Shown here piece after piece: positions 24,383 through 36,769 of a stretch of 51,310 nt of DNA; position 1 is the stretch's first letter, and each line of letters opens with the position of its first letter. The notes below the pieces were generated by a model. The model saw only the letters and a list, made by a program, of their open reading frames with translations, did not search any database and was not told the DNA's origin. The stretch comes from Chlorokybus atmophyticus. Its lineage: Eukaryota > Plantae > Mesostigma and Chlorokybus algae. The translations under genes were made by a program, and so were the position numbers. Location of the stretch: NCBI GenBank assembly GCA_009103225.1, contig RHPI01002888.1:150102-201411 (forward strand), read 5' to 3'.

Positions 24383-26521
24383 GGCTGCGTTGGCGTGGAT
24401 GCGCAGCCGCTTGAAGCGTCAGTAGCGTGTGCGTGGGGTATCTGTTGCTGCAGTTCCCTCCGGTGGTGTCGAGCGCAGTGCGGCAAGCGCCCCTCGACCA
24501 GCTGGGTCTTCAGCACCTCCTTGACCGCGGCCTGGCCCGAACCGTCCTTGCCTTAGCTGTTGATAAACACGATGTGGCCTGGGTGCTGGCGGTGCTGCCT
24601 GTGGCTGCTCTGGGTGTAGTGCCGGGGGATTGCGTCTCTGTGTGGCCGGGTCATTCCTGGCGGCGTGGCCAGTGGCTGTTGGGGAAACCCCGGAGAAACG
24701 GGTGTTTGTGGGCCCGTCTCCCGTGCGGCCTATTCTTCCACATAAGTCCAGCATACTGCATGAGCTGCCTCCCTGACCAGTGTACCCTTCCATGTGGCTG
24801 TTGGGTTGTTGACTACGTCACTCCAGCGGTGATTCTGAGGCATGGGCTGGAGATATACTGCGCGCAGGAGCCGCGCTCTTCTGTCGTGGGTGATGGTGGG
24901 AACCCTTAAGATCCCTGCCATGTTGGCATCCCATTTGCCATTAACCACTCCCACCTCCAACACCGTTGTTGCTCGCGCCCGCATAGTGAGGTAAATCTCT
25001 GGTTGTTGGACATGCTGCCTATAAGCAGCTGCGATGCGTCTGCGTTGCCGCGCTGCTTCCGCCTCTGGCAACCTCAGTATGGCCTCTTGTGCTCCTTCTA
25101 AGGTGTCAGTGGCTGTCGAAGCAACCTCGCCATAGGCTTGCCGTAGCGAACGCAGGCAGGCGTCCAACTAGAGGAATTTGGTGCTGAAGGCGACCAGGGG
25201 GACTGCAGGGTGATTGGTGACTAGCCAAGTCATCAGTTTTGCTCGAGCTCCATTACCACATTCTCACATCCCCAGCATCGTCCGTCTCAGGCCGATGCCT
25301 TCTTGTCGGTGCAGCATGGTTGCTTGTCGCAACAGGGCAGTACGAAGTTGCTGTTCCCCGATTAAACCTGCTCCATCTCGTTGTGTCCACCCTTGCGGGG
25401 TGAGGTAGCCTCTCCCTTGATCCCGTTAATCTTCAGGCAAGTCTTCCAACAAGGCGGGTAGCAGCGGGGCGATCACCCCCCTGGTTTGTTGGGCCAGCGC
25501 CCTCGTCTGGTCACCGTTGGGCCCACCAACGAGAGGTGTTGTTTCGGATAATGGGCCAGCGACTGTTGATTGAAAAACGCCATCGCGAGCATCAGCAAGG
25601 GCGTGCGCTCTTGCGTCGATTGCTGCCGCTTGATCTTGTCGCCAGGTGAATGCCTGTTCCAGCGCGGTGTAGCGCTCATGACGTCGAACGGTGTTGAGGG
25701 CCTCAGTGCTTCGTTGTCACCCAGAGGCATGTCGGCTGTATTAGCGTTGTGCTGCTGTACATTGAGTTGCCGGTCCCTATACGTGTCCACTGGGTTGGGC
25801 TCAAAGGGTTCATGACGGACTGGCGTGGCGCAGTCTGCATATCGTTATGCAGAGTCCAGAACAACTGTAGTGCCAACTCCAGTACAACAGACGTGCTAAC
25901 AACGAAAACACGATCTCGCATGGGACGTGCCGTGCGGGCGAGGATTATATCCTTCAGCTGCCGTTGAGTCTGCTCTGGCAGCGTGTAATATTTAGGCAGT
26001 AGAAATACTCGATCACTGCGTTCAACGTGTGTTATGCGCTCCCCTCCACGCTCAAAAGCAATGGTAGTGGGATCTGCCCCACGCATGATGGTCTCCCCAG
26101 CACGCTCAGCTTGCTGACCTTGCGGGACAAGCTGAGTGACGTCGAGGGCGGGCAATGTAGCTGAGCGTGTCGCTGCAGCGGCAGCAGGCTCGACGATGGC
26201 ACTGTCGGTGGTGGCGAGAGTGCCGCTCAATGGCGCGAGAGTGGTCTAAAAGCCTGCTGGCACAGGTGGTTCTGCGGTTAAAGCGGGACCGGTGCGACCT
26301 ACTGCTGCAGGGTCGGTGACAGCAGTGGCTATTGCCTGCGTGCTCACCAGTGTGGGCGCGATGGTGCTCACTGGTAGACCAGTTCTTGGTGAAATTGGAG
26401 CAGCTGCTACTGACGTCGACGGAGTCGACATCGTAGCCGGTGTAACTGTTGCTGCTGGTGTAATACCACTGGTGGCTTCAGAGGAGGTGGCTGCTGACGA
26501 TGTCGTGGCTTCCCCTCGAAC

Positions 26522-28560
26522 TCACCAGGATGGTTGAATACGCGACGGGGTGCTGGTGTCCCTCGTGCGCTTTGGAGCCATCAGTGCCCACCGGGCAGAG
26601 TAACAGGCGCGGTAGTCCTGCTCCTTGTCTTCCTCCAAGCGTGCCATATGTGCCATAAGGGCAGCCATATGGTCATCAGCTGGCGGTTTGGCTGGAGCCT
26701 TGGCGGCAACTGCAACAGCGCGCGGACGTCCTTCCAGTCCCTTACGCTGAGGAGGGCGATTCTTCCCCCTGAAGCCTTGCTCTTCCTTGCGAGCATTGGC
26801 GTAGTTGTTGGTGAAGTTATGACCTTCGGTGTAATTGCTGTTGTAGCCACTAGAGTTGTTGCCGTTGTGGCCACCGGTGTTGTAGCTGTTGTAGCCACGA
26901 GAGTTGTTGCCGTTGTAGCCACCAGAGTTGTTGCCGTAGTTGTTGACGGGTCTCAACTCGGGAAACTTGAGCCAGCAGACTGACTCCAAGTGGCCTGTCT
27001 TGTGACAGGAGTCGCAGGCCAGAGTTGAGTACTCTTCGGAGCACTCCTTAAGGTAGTGCCCATGCCGTCCACAGCAGTTACACAGCACGGGGGCAGGCAA
27101 AGCATTATGCGCTGATCGTTTCCCTTTGTCGCGTGCTGATGAAGCGTCTCGACCACGTTCGCGGCACGGAGGCTCGACAGACGTGCTGGCTACAGGCCGT
27201 GAGGCGCTGCGGTTGGTGTCCAGCACTGCCTTCTCATACACCAAGCACTTATGGATGGCTTGTGCAGTCTTGAATGCTTCCTTGAGCGTGTAGCCAAGGG
27301 GCCTGCTGTAGTTCAGGGTCAGGCGCGTCGACTCGCTCAGAGTGGCATCCAACTCATTGACATACACCACTGCAGCCATCTCATCAGTGACGATCTTGTA
27401 GTCAATGTCCTTCAACAGCCCCTCTAGTCTGGAGTACAGGCGTAGGGGGTCCTCGTTTGGCTTGCGCCGGAACCGCCTCAACTCCTCCACTTTGCTAGTG
27501 GTCTGCAGTGGGAAGGTGCGACGAAGTGCCGCGTATAAATCCTTGAGTGGAAAGTTAGAGATGGCAGCACCTACAGTGATGGCTGATGCGCAATGCAACT
27601 AACCCGAGGGTGAAAGCACTGCCTCCCGCACGAGAGCCAGGTGTTGCCATAGATAGGGGTGTGCCCACCTCAACGGCTGCAGTTCGTTGTTCTTCAAGGA
27701 TGGCAGCAGAACGGTCCAGGATCCGGGCCCGTCGCGCGGCCGTCTTGATCTCAATCTCTGCAGGGGTCAAGTTGACGATCACCAACTCAGGTTTCTCCTC
27801 CTCTGCTTTGTCAATGGCAACCGCTATGGACAACCCGGTGACTGCAGCGGGAGTGGCAGGTGGAAAGATGGCTGCTGGACTGTGCAGTGATGCAGGTGCT
27901 ATGGTACTGGCGAGCTTGCCATAGCCATCAACTCAATGCAGTTCAGCAACAGACTTTCAGACATCATGTGCTTCAAGGTCAAGAACCTGAGCATCAATGT
28001 GAAAAGAGATCTCATCTGACCAGTCTTTGTTTTTCAGAGCCTGCTGTCGCATCTTGAAGTGGAACTTGATGATGAATTTGTCCAGCGAGGTAGTGCCAGC
28101 ACGTCCGGAGAAGCGCAGGGACATTGTTGAGCTGGAAGACTCCATCTCGTAGTTGTCACGGTCGGACAAGAGTGGGGAAGCTCGATGCCGTGGAGTGGAA
28201 AGGAACGGAGTGAAGTCGGAGGCAGCACGTGAGCCTCTGCTGCTACGATCATTGCTCCCGTCGCTGGTCCGCTCGTAGGTGAGGTTGGAGGTTGGGCTCC
28301 AGCTGCTAAGGTCACCCTCGTCTATTGGAGAGAACGGGGTGGGCCTGCTCATACAGCTAATCCAAAGGTAAAAGTGTATGCAGGGTAGAGTGTTTGTACT
28401 CTATCGCCTGTCTCGATGCCGCTACCACTCACCACACTAGTGCTTATGTGCGCACTATGTAATGACGGTGATAACGAATGCCCAGGGATGTGTCCCCAGA
28501 TACAGCACTTATCTGATGCAGAATGCAACGCACTCACTTGAGCAAAGACGGTGACACTGT
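26522..28560 (-). pseudogene. gag: B2 ORF1/Gag-like region with two CCHC knuckles and an N/G/Y-rich repeat
   Basis: CNCCGRHGHYLKEC and CDSCHKTGHLESVC. The upstream segment (SPIDEG..SSWSPTSNLTYER) is conserved at protein level in B1. Confidence 0.8.
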
Positions 28561-28637
28561 GAGTCAACAAGCCACTACGATAGGTAGTGCTGTTTACATA
28601 GTTCTTTGCATGAGCGAAAAATGTGTTACGCTATTAA

Positions 28638-29166
28638 GTGAGGTGAATGAGCAAGCAACACGTGGATATTATGATCTGACTGATGCCAACAAGCACACTG
28701 CAACCAGGCACACCAGGCTCACAGCAATGACAAGCACAATGCACACACGAGCATGCACATGCTCTCACACAGTGAGGGGGTTCTTGGTAATCGGGATGGC
28801 GTGTTTGTGGTTCAGGTCGTTTCACAAGCTCTTAGCTTTCTCACTCACAGTGTCACCAGCTGATTTGGTGAACACTGTGAGTACTTATACAAGTTAAATC
28901 ATGAGTGTTCAGAACATAAGCTAACGGTCATATCGATGCTATTTCCACAGCGATTGTCACTTGATATAGAACACAACTTATAACTGAACTCACAACTGAA
29001 CAGCTACGCGCGGTGCCTATGTAGGCTATGGTCGTGAGCTACTCTGAAGTCATGACCTAGCTACTGGTCAGGGACACGCGCGCGTTGGTATGTTGGTAGG
29101 CCGGGCGACGGTTTTGATGTAGGCATGCCCGATGAAGGCTGGTATGTGTGGGCACTATGCATGACA
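28638..29166 (-). repeat. A repeat, 5' copy (529 bp)
   Basis: Starts TGTCATGC on minus; not followed by the B repeat or by a TGG-type PBS. Confidence 0.95.
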
Positions 29167-29296
29167 AAGCTCTTCTTGCAAGGCTAGGATTGCACTTGAA
29201 GCTCCTCAACACGGACATCTCCACCAATACACTACACTCCGCTTACAAAGTAAAAGTGTAAACGCTCACACTTCCTCTCTCACCTTCGTAAACCGA

Positions 29297-29308
29297 GCTT
29301 CGATACCA
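29297..29308 (-). promoter_or_regulatory. A1 PBS TGGTATCGAAGC
   Basis: Two bases after the CA end of the 5' LTR. Confidence 0.85.
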
Positions 29309-29310
29309 CT

Positions 29311-29800
29311 TGTGACGGTGCTCGTGCCTTGTCACATGTGAGTTGGTCCAATTAACAACCTTCTCACCAAGGCATGGGAATCACACCGGAACCTTGCCCC
29401 CTCGGCCAAGCACACACGCGCTCGAAGCTACACACCGACTTGTGTAGCGCCTTGGATCGTCACACAAGCAAGCACACACTAGTTGACACACGCTAGCAAC
29501 CCCTGCTAACCACCACCAGGCTTGCACACAATAAATTAGGGAGCTAAAGGTTGTATTGCACAAAGTGAAATGTCCTTTTCATATCTACCAATCTGCACAT
29601 GCTATTGTCCAGACGTCTCTCGAGCTAGACGGAATCAGAAGCTAAGATATTCTTGAAGAACCTTGTAGTACACTTCTAGACCTTTCTTACGCACCAAGGA
29701 ACTCCTGAAAATGCCCATATGGCAAAGTTATACTATTTAATGCCAGGCCCTTCCAGAAATCTGGTAGAGTCCTTCTCAACTGGCCCTCCGTTTCCTGGCG
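29311..29800 (-). repeat. A1 5' LTR, outer ~160 bp missing
   Basis: Homology to 3993-4500 stops near 29800, so no TSD can be tested. Confidence 0.88.
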
Positions 29801-30440
29801 CTGTCTAGAACCGCTTCATCGCTCTCATCTTCACAGTCAGCGCTGTTCGTGACCGCTCATCCTGCCCCCGCATCCTAATTCATGTTCTTGTGCACGCGTG
29901 GGAGGGGANNNNNNNNNNNNNNNNNNNNNNNNNNNNNNNNNNNNNNNNNNNNNNNNNNNNNNNNNNNNNNNNNNNNNNNNNNNNNNNNNNNNNNNNNNNN
30001 NNNNNNNNNNNNNNNNNNNNNNNNNNNNNNNNNNNNNNNNNNNNNNNNNNNNNNNNNNNNNNNNNNNNNNNNNNNNNNNNNNNNNNNNNNNNNNNNNNNN
30101 NNNNNNNNNNCCGTCAAGTCACTAATACGGGGACATATAAGTACTGAACTGATTTACTATATACAGGAATGTACTGTCAGAGGCAGTACACGATTCTCTT
30201 GCAGCGCTGACAGATGAGCAGACTCTGTTGGCTGAGGCAGCACTGGCCAATAAGAACCACAGGCACTTTACCAATGACAAAAGATTAAGTGCTTGCAACC
30301 TTACTTACATACTAACACAGATTCACAGGTGTATTTCCAAGCAGAGTGTGCAACCAGCAGTCCAACATGCTGCTAGCACTGGTAGCATAAGGAGGAGCCG
30401 CTGCTTGGCACGCGTGTAAGCATGCGACGCAATAATCCAA

Positions 30441-33400
30441 TTACACCCATCTCTTGCCGCTCAAGATGCGGCTGGCCTCGAGCGAGATGGCTGACGCCTT
30501 TGGAGTGGGAGGACCTTCTCTTCCTCTTTGTACAGAATTGGACCGGCTTGATGATGGCCGGACCGGCAGCGGGCTGCAGCAACAGTTGATCAGTTGTAAT
30601 AACAAGCAAGGGTGACACACTGTGCATGCAGAACCCAATGGGAAATGCATAGGGGACCTGGCCATGGATTTCGATTGCCTTGCTGAAACAGCACGTGCCG
30701 TCAATGTAGCAGGTGTGGCTGTTGAGAGTGCAGCCACCCTTGAGGTCTGCGACCGGATGCTGAGAGCAGAGTGCGGCCGTCTGCGTGCAGTAGCAGGTTT
30801 GTTACAATCTGCGCACACAGTTGGCACAAGCGGATGGCACAGGTGTGTGGTTGCATGCAAGGTGTTACCCGTTGTCACTGTCTGGCTCCACCACCATCCC
30901 ATTGACGACTTCACCTCTGCGCATGGCGCCGACAGGTGGAGATGGAGAGCGCTTGGAGACAATAGGCTTTGCAGTCGGTGTCGCACTGCCGTGCACAGCG
31001 CCAAATGAAGGCCGCCGCGACAGTGATCCCGGGGCGCTTGAACCAGTATCATCTGTGTCAGGTAATGGGCTGCCATCTGCAGCCTGCGGTGCCATAACAG
31101 TTCAGTGACAACAAGACACATGCAAAGTGGTGGCAGAGAGTGATACAAGCAGTACCATCAACATATGCGCATCGGTGACAACATATCACCACACAGGAAG
31201 CATCCAGTCAACCAACCAACTACACGTCCACAGTAGGAAGGAGCCCCATACCATGCCTGGCGTGGCTGGCCCATTGAAAGATGACGAAACAGATGGACGA
31301 TCGCCGCGCGGGTTGGAAGCAGATCGTTCACCTCTCGGGTTAGATGTTGACCGGCCACGCGACACAGACCGACCAGAGCTGATAGTGCCATTGGACATCG
31401 AGTCCCTGCGTTCAATCCTGCCTTGAGCTTGTGTAAGCTTGTCCTCCAGCCGTGACACCGTCAGCGAAAGGGTACGGATCTGTGCAACCAATCCTCAGCA
31501 TCAGCGGGCACGGAATGGCGCTCTAATACACGAGAAAAAGAGAGTACCATACCTCTGCTTGAGCAAATGCCAGCTCCTTGGTGGCTTGGTTCAGCTCCTT
31601 TTGTAACGCCTGTGCTCTACCCAAGGAGTTGTTGGCCTCATTCTGCGCATACAATGCTTTGTCCCGCATTGCCTGTAGCTCCCGTTGAGCACTCGCAGCA
31701 TCTTTTTGCTGCGACACATTGAGCTTCGACTGGGATGCCAAGAAGTCACGCTGCTGCATTTCAAGCTCCCGCTTCTTAGCCACCATCTCGCGTGAAATGC
31801 GCTCCAGCTCACCCTAAAGGGATATGTGGACTCTTCCATCAGCACTTTATCGGAATCGTGCTGCGAACAAACCATACCACAGCAAGTTGTTTTTCTGACC
31901 TGACTGGCTGCCACTTGTTCTTTGGCTTGTTGCGCTCTCTTTTCCAATGCAGCTGTTCTTTCTTCTACTGCACGTGAGGTGCGCAACTCTTCACGCATGG
32001 CTTCCTCCTGCGTACCGACACTTCCCATGAGCAAGCCGCTAAAGAGAAGCCCACTCTCTGCTGTATCAATGTCCCCAAAATGCGGACAGGGCTTACCTTA
32101 GCAATGAGCATCTCCTTCAGCTCGTTGGAACCGCGAACATTGCGACCGGCCTTGCCGAGCTCGACATTCTTTACTCTCGCTGCAAAGTTCAGAGTGCTGA
32201 GGGTCTCCCAGGTCGAGGCGTCATCAGGGTTTACTTGTGCAAACATGAGCACTTTGGAGTTGCCCCCAAGTGAATCCGCGAGCAGGGTGGTGAGTTTCGA
32301 GTTGCGGAAGGGTACGTGACTACGCTTCTCAACGAGAGCGGCCATGACATCACCGAGAGCGCTCAAAGACCGATTTATGTGCTGAGCTTCTTTTAGTCGT
32401 TCGCCAGCAGCTTCACTTCTGCTCACGCGCTCACTGCCGGCCAAGTCTACAAGATTCAAGCAGGAGGCTATGGTCTCGTTGGTACTGGGGTTTGTTCCTT
32501 CCACTCGCACTGTCACAACACTGCCAGACAACAAGCGCGTCAACTTCAACGCTCAAGACCAGGTAGCTTCAACACGCTCACACGTGTTTTAGTAAACGTG
32601 TGAGCGTGAGGCAGGTCACCAGACAACAAACACGTAAACTTTGACCCTCACGACCAGAGAGCTTCATCACGCTCACACGTGGTGTATCGAACGTGTGAGC
32701 GTATTGCAGGTCACCAGCAACCGCGCAAGCCGCAAATTTTGCAAAAGGATTGCGCACTGTTAACTTATCACCATTGACCAGCGCGTACCAGTGAGATCTG
32801 CTACTCCGCTCGTTAAGGTTGGTTGCTCCAACTGCGCGGTTCTTCTCGCCAACAGCCATCACATCAACAACATCATATGCATGTCGGACGGGGAAGCTGG
32901 TGACATCAACCAAGCGGCCGCCAGCCTCCGTCACACGCAAGTCCAGCTTAACATCAGGTCGGGTGGACAGCAGATCTCGCACGGTTTCATTGTAGATTTC
33001 CACAACCTCCACGCTTATGCTGTAGTCCCATTCGGCCTCTCGTTCATCGCGAATGGCAAACAATGTGTCCAGCGCACGATAATTCACACCCTTGAGTTCC
33101 TCTAGTCCTGCACAATCAATGGTGTTGAAAGCAATCCAAACCACGATCCAGATATGGAAGAGCTGAGTTAACCACCAATCAAGTGATGAAACTGCAGCTG
33201 ACATGTGCTTGCTCTGCAGTCACCAAACATTTTGGGTGCAGAATGGCACCTCGGTGGTTGGAAGGTCCCGCCATGGTAAACGTCTTGCCGGAGCCAGTCT
33301 GACCATAAGCCAGAATACATACATTGTAGCCATCCATGACGCTGCGAATCAGTGGCTGCGTCTCTGCAAACACTTGTTCTTGGGAGGAGGATGGGTCATA

Positions 33401-36400
33401 AACACGATCAAAATTAAACTTTTTGGATAGCCGATCCGATGCAGACTTCACCATGATGGTGTCCTCAACGGCAACCGCTGATGGCTCAATTCCAGTTGCT
33501 CGCTCATCAGCAGACAATGGGCGCAAACGGCAGAAAACACGAATAGCACCTGCAATGCGTGAGTGAAACTGTTAAACCCTCCTTAATTTGAGGTGGTTTG
33601 CAGTTGCTATCACCTTTCAAGTCCTGAATGGTATTGTACAGGTTGCGGTTTTCCAACAGCAACCGGCTATGCTTTTCCGAGTGTTGCTGCAGAATGCCTT
33701 CAACCTGTCGCATCTGCTTCATCACTTCCTTGGGTGGGATGCGGTAACTGCTGGCCTCACGTTTCATAGTGTTCAGCTCAGACTTTAATGCCTGATAATG
33801 GTTGCTGTCAGCAGTGTGTACCAGGCCGGTCTGACGTTGCACTGCTTCAAACTATTCTCAACATGCATGTGCACCACATGGTGTTCACTGTATGCGTGCG
33901 TCTGTGCATGCACAAATGTGTATGCGCACAATGACCTGGACATGCGCATGCACATGCGTGGATCACGCCGTCCAATTAGCAATATAGCAGTGTTCACAGA
34001 GACACTTTACCTGCAAATTGCTTAACAACGGATGCAGATTGATGGAGGAGAGGTTGGTTCTGGCCACGACTGGCGCTGGCACAGGAGCTAGTTGTGGCGA
34101 CATCGGCAGTTGACGCCGCTGTTGCAGCATATCCTGCTGCATGCGGTGTAACTGCTGATCGCGCTCCCACAGCTGCTCTCTAAGTTCAGCCTCGGAACGC
34201 TGTAACCTGGAGATTTGCTCCTGGTATGACACAATCAATCAGCCAATATGCACATCGTTGCATGTGCACCCAGTCGTGAATCCCATATCTTCCACTGCAT
34301 CATGCTGGTGCCATACTGCAGCTCACACAGCGCTTACCTGCAGCTCCAGGGTGTCAAGACTTTGTCGCTCATGCATGGCTATTTGGGCACGCATGTCTGC
34401 CACCTCTGCAGCCAGCAATGCTCCTGCCTGGTTGTTCAACCAATGTCATGTATAAAAAGGGAGCTGCAGCTTATTGATACGAGCAGACAGCACGGCTGCA
34501 CGCAAGCATGATGCCAACATGCACAAACATCACATCACCTCCTACCGTCCTACCTGCGCAGCTCTCTCCATCTCTTTGACTTCCACAAGTGCGCGAGCCT
34601 CCGCAACCTCATCGGCTAACAAGGCGTCAAGAGACTGTGGAGTACTCGCTGCTCGAGACTCGAGCTCAAGGACACGCGCTGTCAAGGACGCATGTCGCTC
34701 GGTCGACTCGGCGATCACGTTCCGGAGCTCTGCCAACTGGCGATCCTTCTCGGCCAGCTGCTGCTCGTAATCATTGATAGTGCGAGAGTACATCCCACCA
34801 TCGTCATGCTGCCAACAAGCAACCTCAGTGCTGGCCACACACACACAGGGAATGCTGAGAAAACAACACATAGAGATACCATGTCCCAACATGTAAGTCA
34901 CGAAATTTCTAAAACATGCGTCTTTAGAACAGGTTGATGAAGAGAAGTCATGCTCCGCACAGGTCATGTGCAGCCCGTTTTGCTGGACAAGAGCAACATG
35001 ACCTTATACTCGCCAGGTACTGACTGCCCCAACCCCACACTTGTTTCTACATTATACTAAACGTACAGCAGCCAAGATGAGAGACTCCATACGTCGTGCT
35101 CAGTGGCGCATGCCAGGACCATCACTCCCAATGGCTCAAAACTCACCGATCTTCCATGCACAGGAAGTGGAAGCCCAAGTGTCAGCGCATTGCTGAAGTT
35201 TGCATCATCGCCGTTCGCACTGATCCGTCTGCTGCTGGGAACGCTCCGCAAAACACCAGGTGCAGGAGCAACATGCGAAAGAGCGACCAGGCACTGAATG
35301 ATTCTCTGAGGATTGTGCTTCTGCAAACAATGAGACATCTCAGACCTGATTGTCAGTAAGGCCTGAAGGAAAGATATTCAACCATTGATCATTATGTATG
35401 AGCAACAGCTGCCTCTGAAACCACAACTGTACACGACGATGAAAGCAAGCTAGCAGCAGTTGTCGCAAAGTCAGCTAGTAGTAGCCAACGGTTCCACTTG
35501 ATGGAGTAATGAAACAACCGCATGTACATCTAGGCAGTCTACTCAATGCCTGCTACATAGTTGACTACATAGATGCAATGCCGCGGTCAGTGTAGTTGGC
35601 AAATTGTCGCATACAAGGGCATGACAGCCGGGGATTGTCACGTGTGTTAGCGCAGTCCAGGCAGTTACAGTTACCTCATGCAAGTCGGAAGGAGCAAACA
35701 GTTGATGGTTGGAGACGCCAAGAATGCGACAGGCGTTGAGGAAGCTGGTGGCATTCTCCAGCGATTGATAGACAGAGCGCCGCTGATTGATCATGGCTGA
35801 GGTTCCCAGATTGTCATCGACAAGAATCTCATCCGGCCGGCGCACGATGCGAGGCACCGACCCGGGCGCCAGCACATTCGCCAGCCGGCAGAGCAACACG
35901 CCATCTTTCAAACACTGCAACACACACAAGCGCAAGCGCATGTTGTGTCTCAGCTTGCTGATGAGAAACTTAAGTCCATAAGCACATAACGCGAAGGCAT
36001 GTGCATGGCATAGGTTGCAAGGCAAAGTAAGTATCATTTCGCATCACAGCAAACATGAGTGGAAATAAGCAGCTTAAGCAGCTTGAACCAGCAGACTTAC
36101 ACTGCTCTTTGGTACATACGCATTGTTGAGCTAAAAACGCTGTTTTCTTGCGCATGCAAGCTGTCAAACGCCCTGCGATACCGCACAAGCTAACAGCTAA
36201 CAACTCCACTTTTCCCAGGAGTATAGTATACACAAGAGGTTTTGCAAGCGTAGACGCTAAGAAGGTATTGCAGTATACAACGATGATCACTTCCTCGTTC
36301 CCAGTCAGCTGTAACAAGCACTCCCCCCCACTAGAGGTGACCATGAAGGTGACCATGTGCGCAACAATGCAATGTGCGAAGATGCTGTCAAGCTTTGAGC

Positions 36401-36769
36401 AAGAAATACACAAGCTATTGCGGGAAGGAACAAGAACAGCAGCCCACAAAAACAGCCAAGCCCTTATCCCCCGAGAAACAAGCCGTAAGTTTACAGCCCT
36501 TCGCAAGACCAGCGCAGCAGCAGTCGGAGCGTGCTGACCTCAAAGATGTCCCTGCCTGGGCCAACCGGTAGGCGCTCGCCAACGATGTGCTCGATCCAAG
36601 CAATAAGGTCGTCCAACCGCCAGTCCGCTTCCATGCGGGCGAGTTTGCGCTGAAAACCATCGTCATTGCCACCGCCGCTAACGGCGTTGTGCCCGCTCAT
36701 CTCGCCTACCACCCAGCTATTATGCTGCTGCTGCTTGTCGTCTGCCTCCGCCCCTTTCTTTAAGTGCAT
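30441..36769 (-). CDS. Kinesin-14 with N-terminal calponin-homology domain (KCH-like), 16 exons, ~1180 aa
   Basis: Manual GT-AG model in consistent phase: 36769-36539, 35914-35675, 35320-35093, 34808-34554, 34427-34338, 34220-34011, 33791-33614, 33549-33250, 33107-32789, 32520-32097, 32007-31900, 31813-31553, 31479-31252, 31083-30869, 30780-30658, 30573-30441. CH: LIAWIEHIV...[19 protein letters not shown]...[10 protein letters not shown]. Motor: [48 protein letters not shown]. Some non-motor boundaries are uncertain. Confidence 0.93.

Larger units (their letters stand above)
11621..29166 (-). mobile_element. Family B copy B2: gypsy-type retrotransposon encoding C5 DNA methyltransferase and PHD finger, with split-direct-repeat termini; hosts A2 and C1
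   Basis: TG...CA ends; 4-bp TSD AAGA/AAGC (host AAGC confirmed from the A2 paralogue); domain order gag-PR-MTase-RT-(RH)-IN-PHD on minus. Confidence 0.9.
3993..29800 (-). mobile_element. Ty3/gypsy chromovirus A1, degenerate, interrupted by B1 and B2
   Basis: Matching LTRs at 3993-4651 and 29311-~29800, a PBS, a PPT and gag-PR-RT-RH-IN-chromodomain order. Removing B1 and B2 at their TSDs rejoins integrase (KWEQVT|MNF) and gag. Confidence 0.9.

Noticed and set aside
11621-29166. Classifying family B as DIRS/PAT/Ngaro because of split repeats and an MTase
   Set aside because: No tyrosine recombinase motifs seen; RT is gypsy-type, the integrase is DDE/rve, the ends are TG...CA with TSDs, and the MTase is C5-type.
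29780-29880. Extra kinesin exon reading into the LTR (..DCEDESDEAVLDSARKRRAS)
   Set aside because: The frame is closed by an upstream stop and the kinesin model already terminates at 30441.
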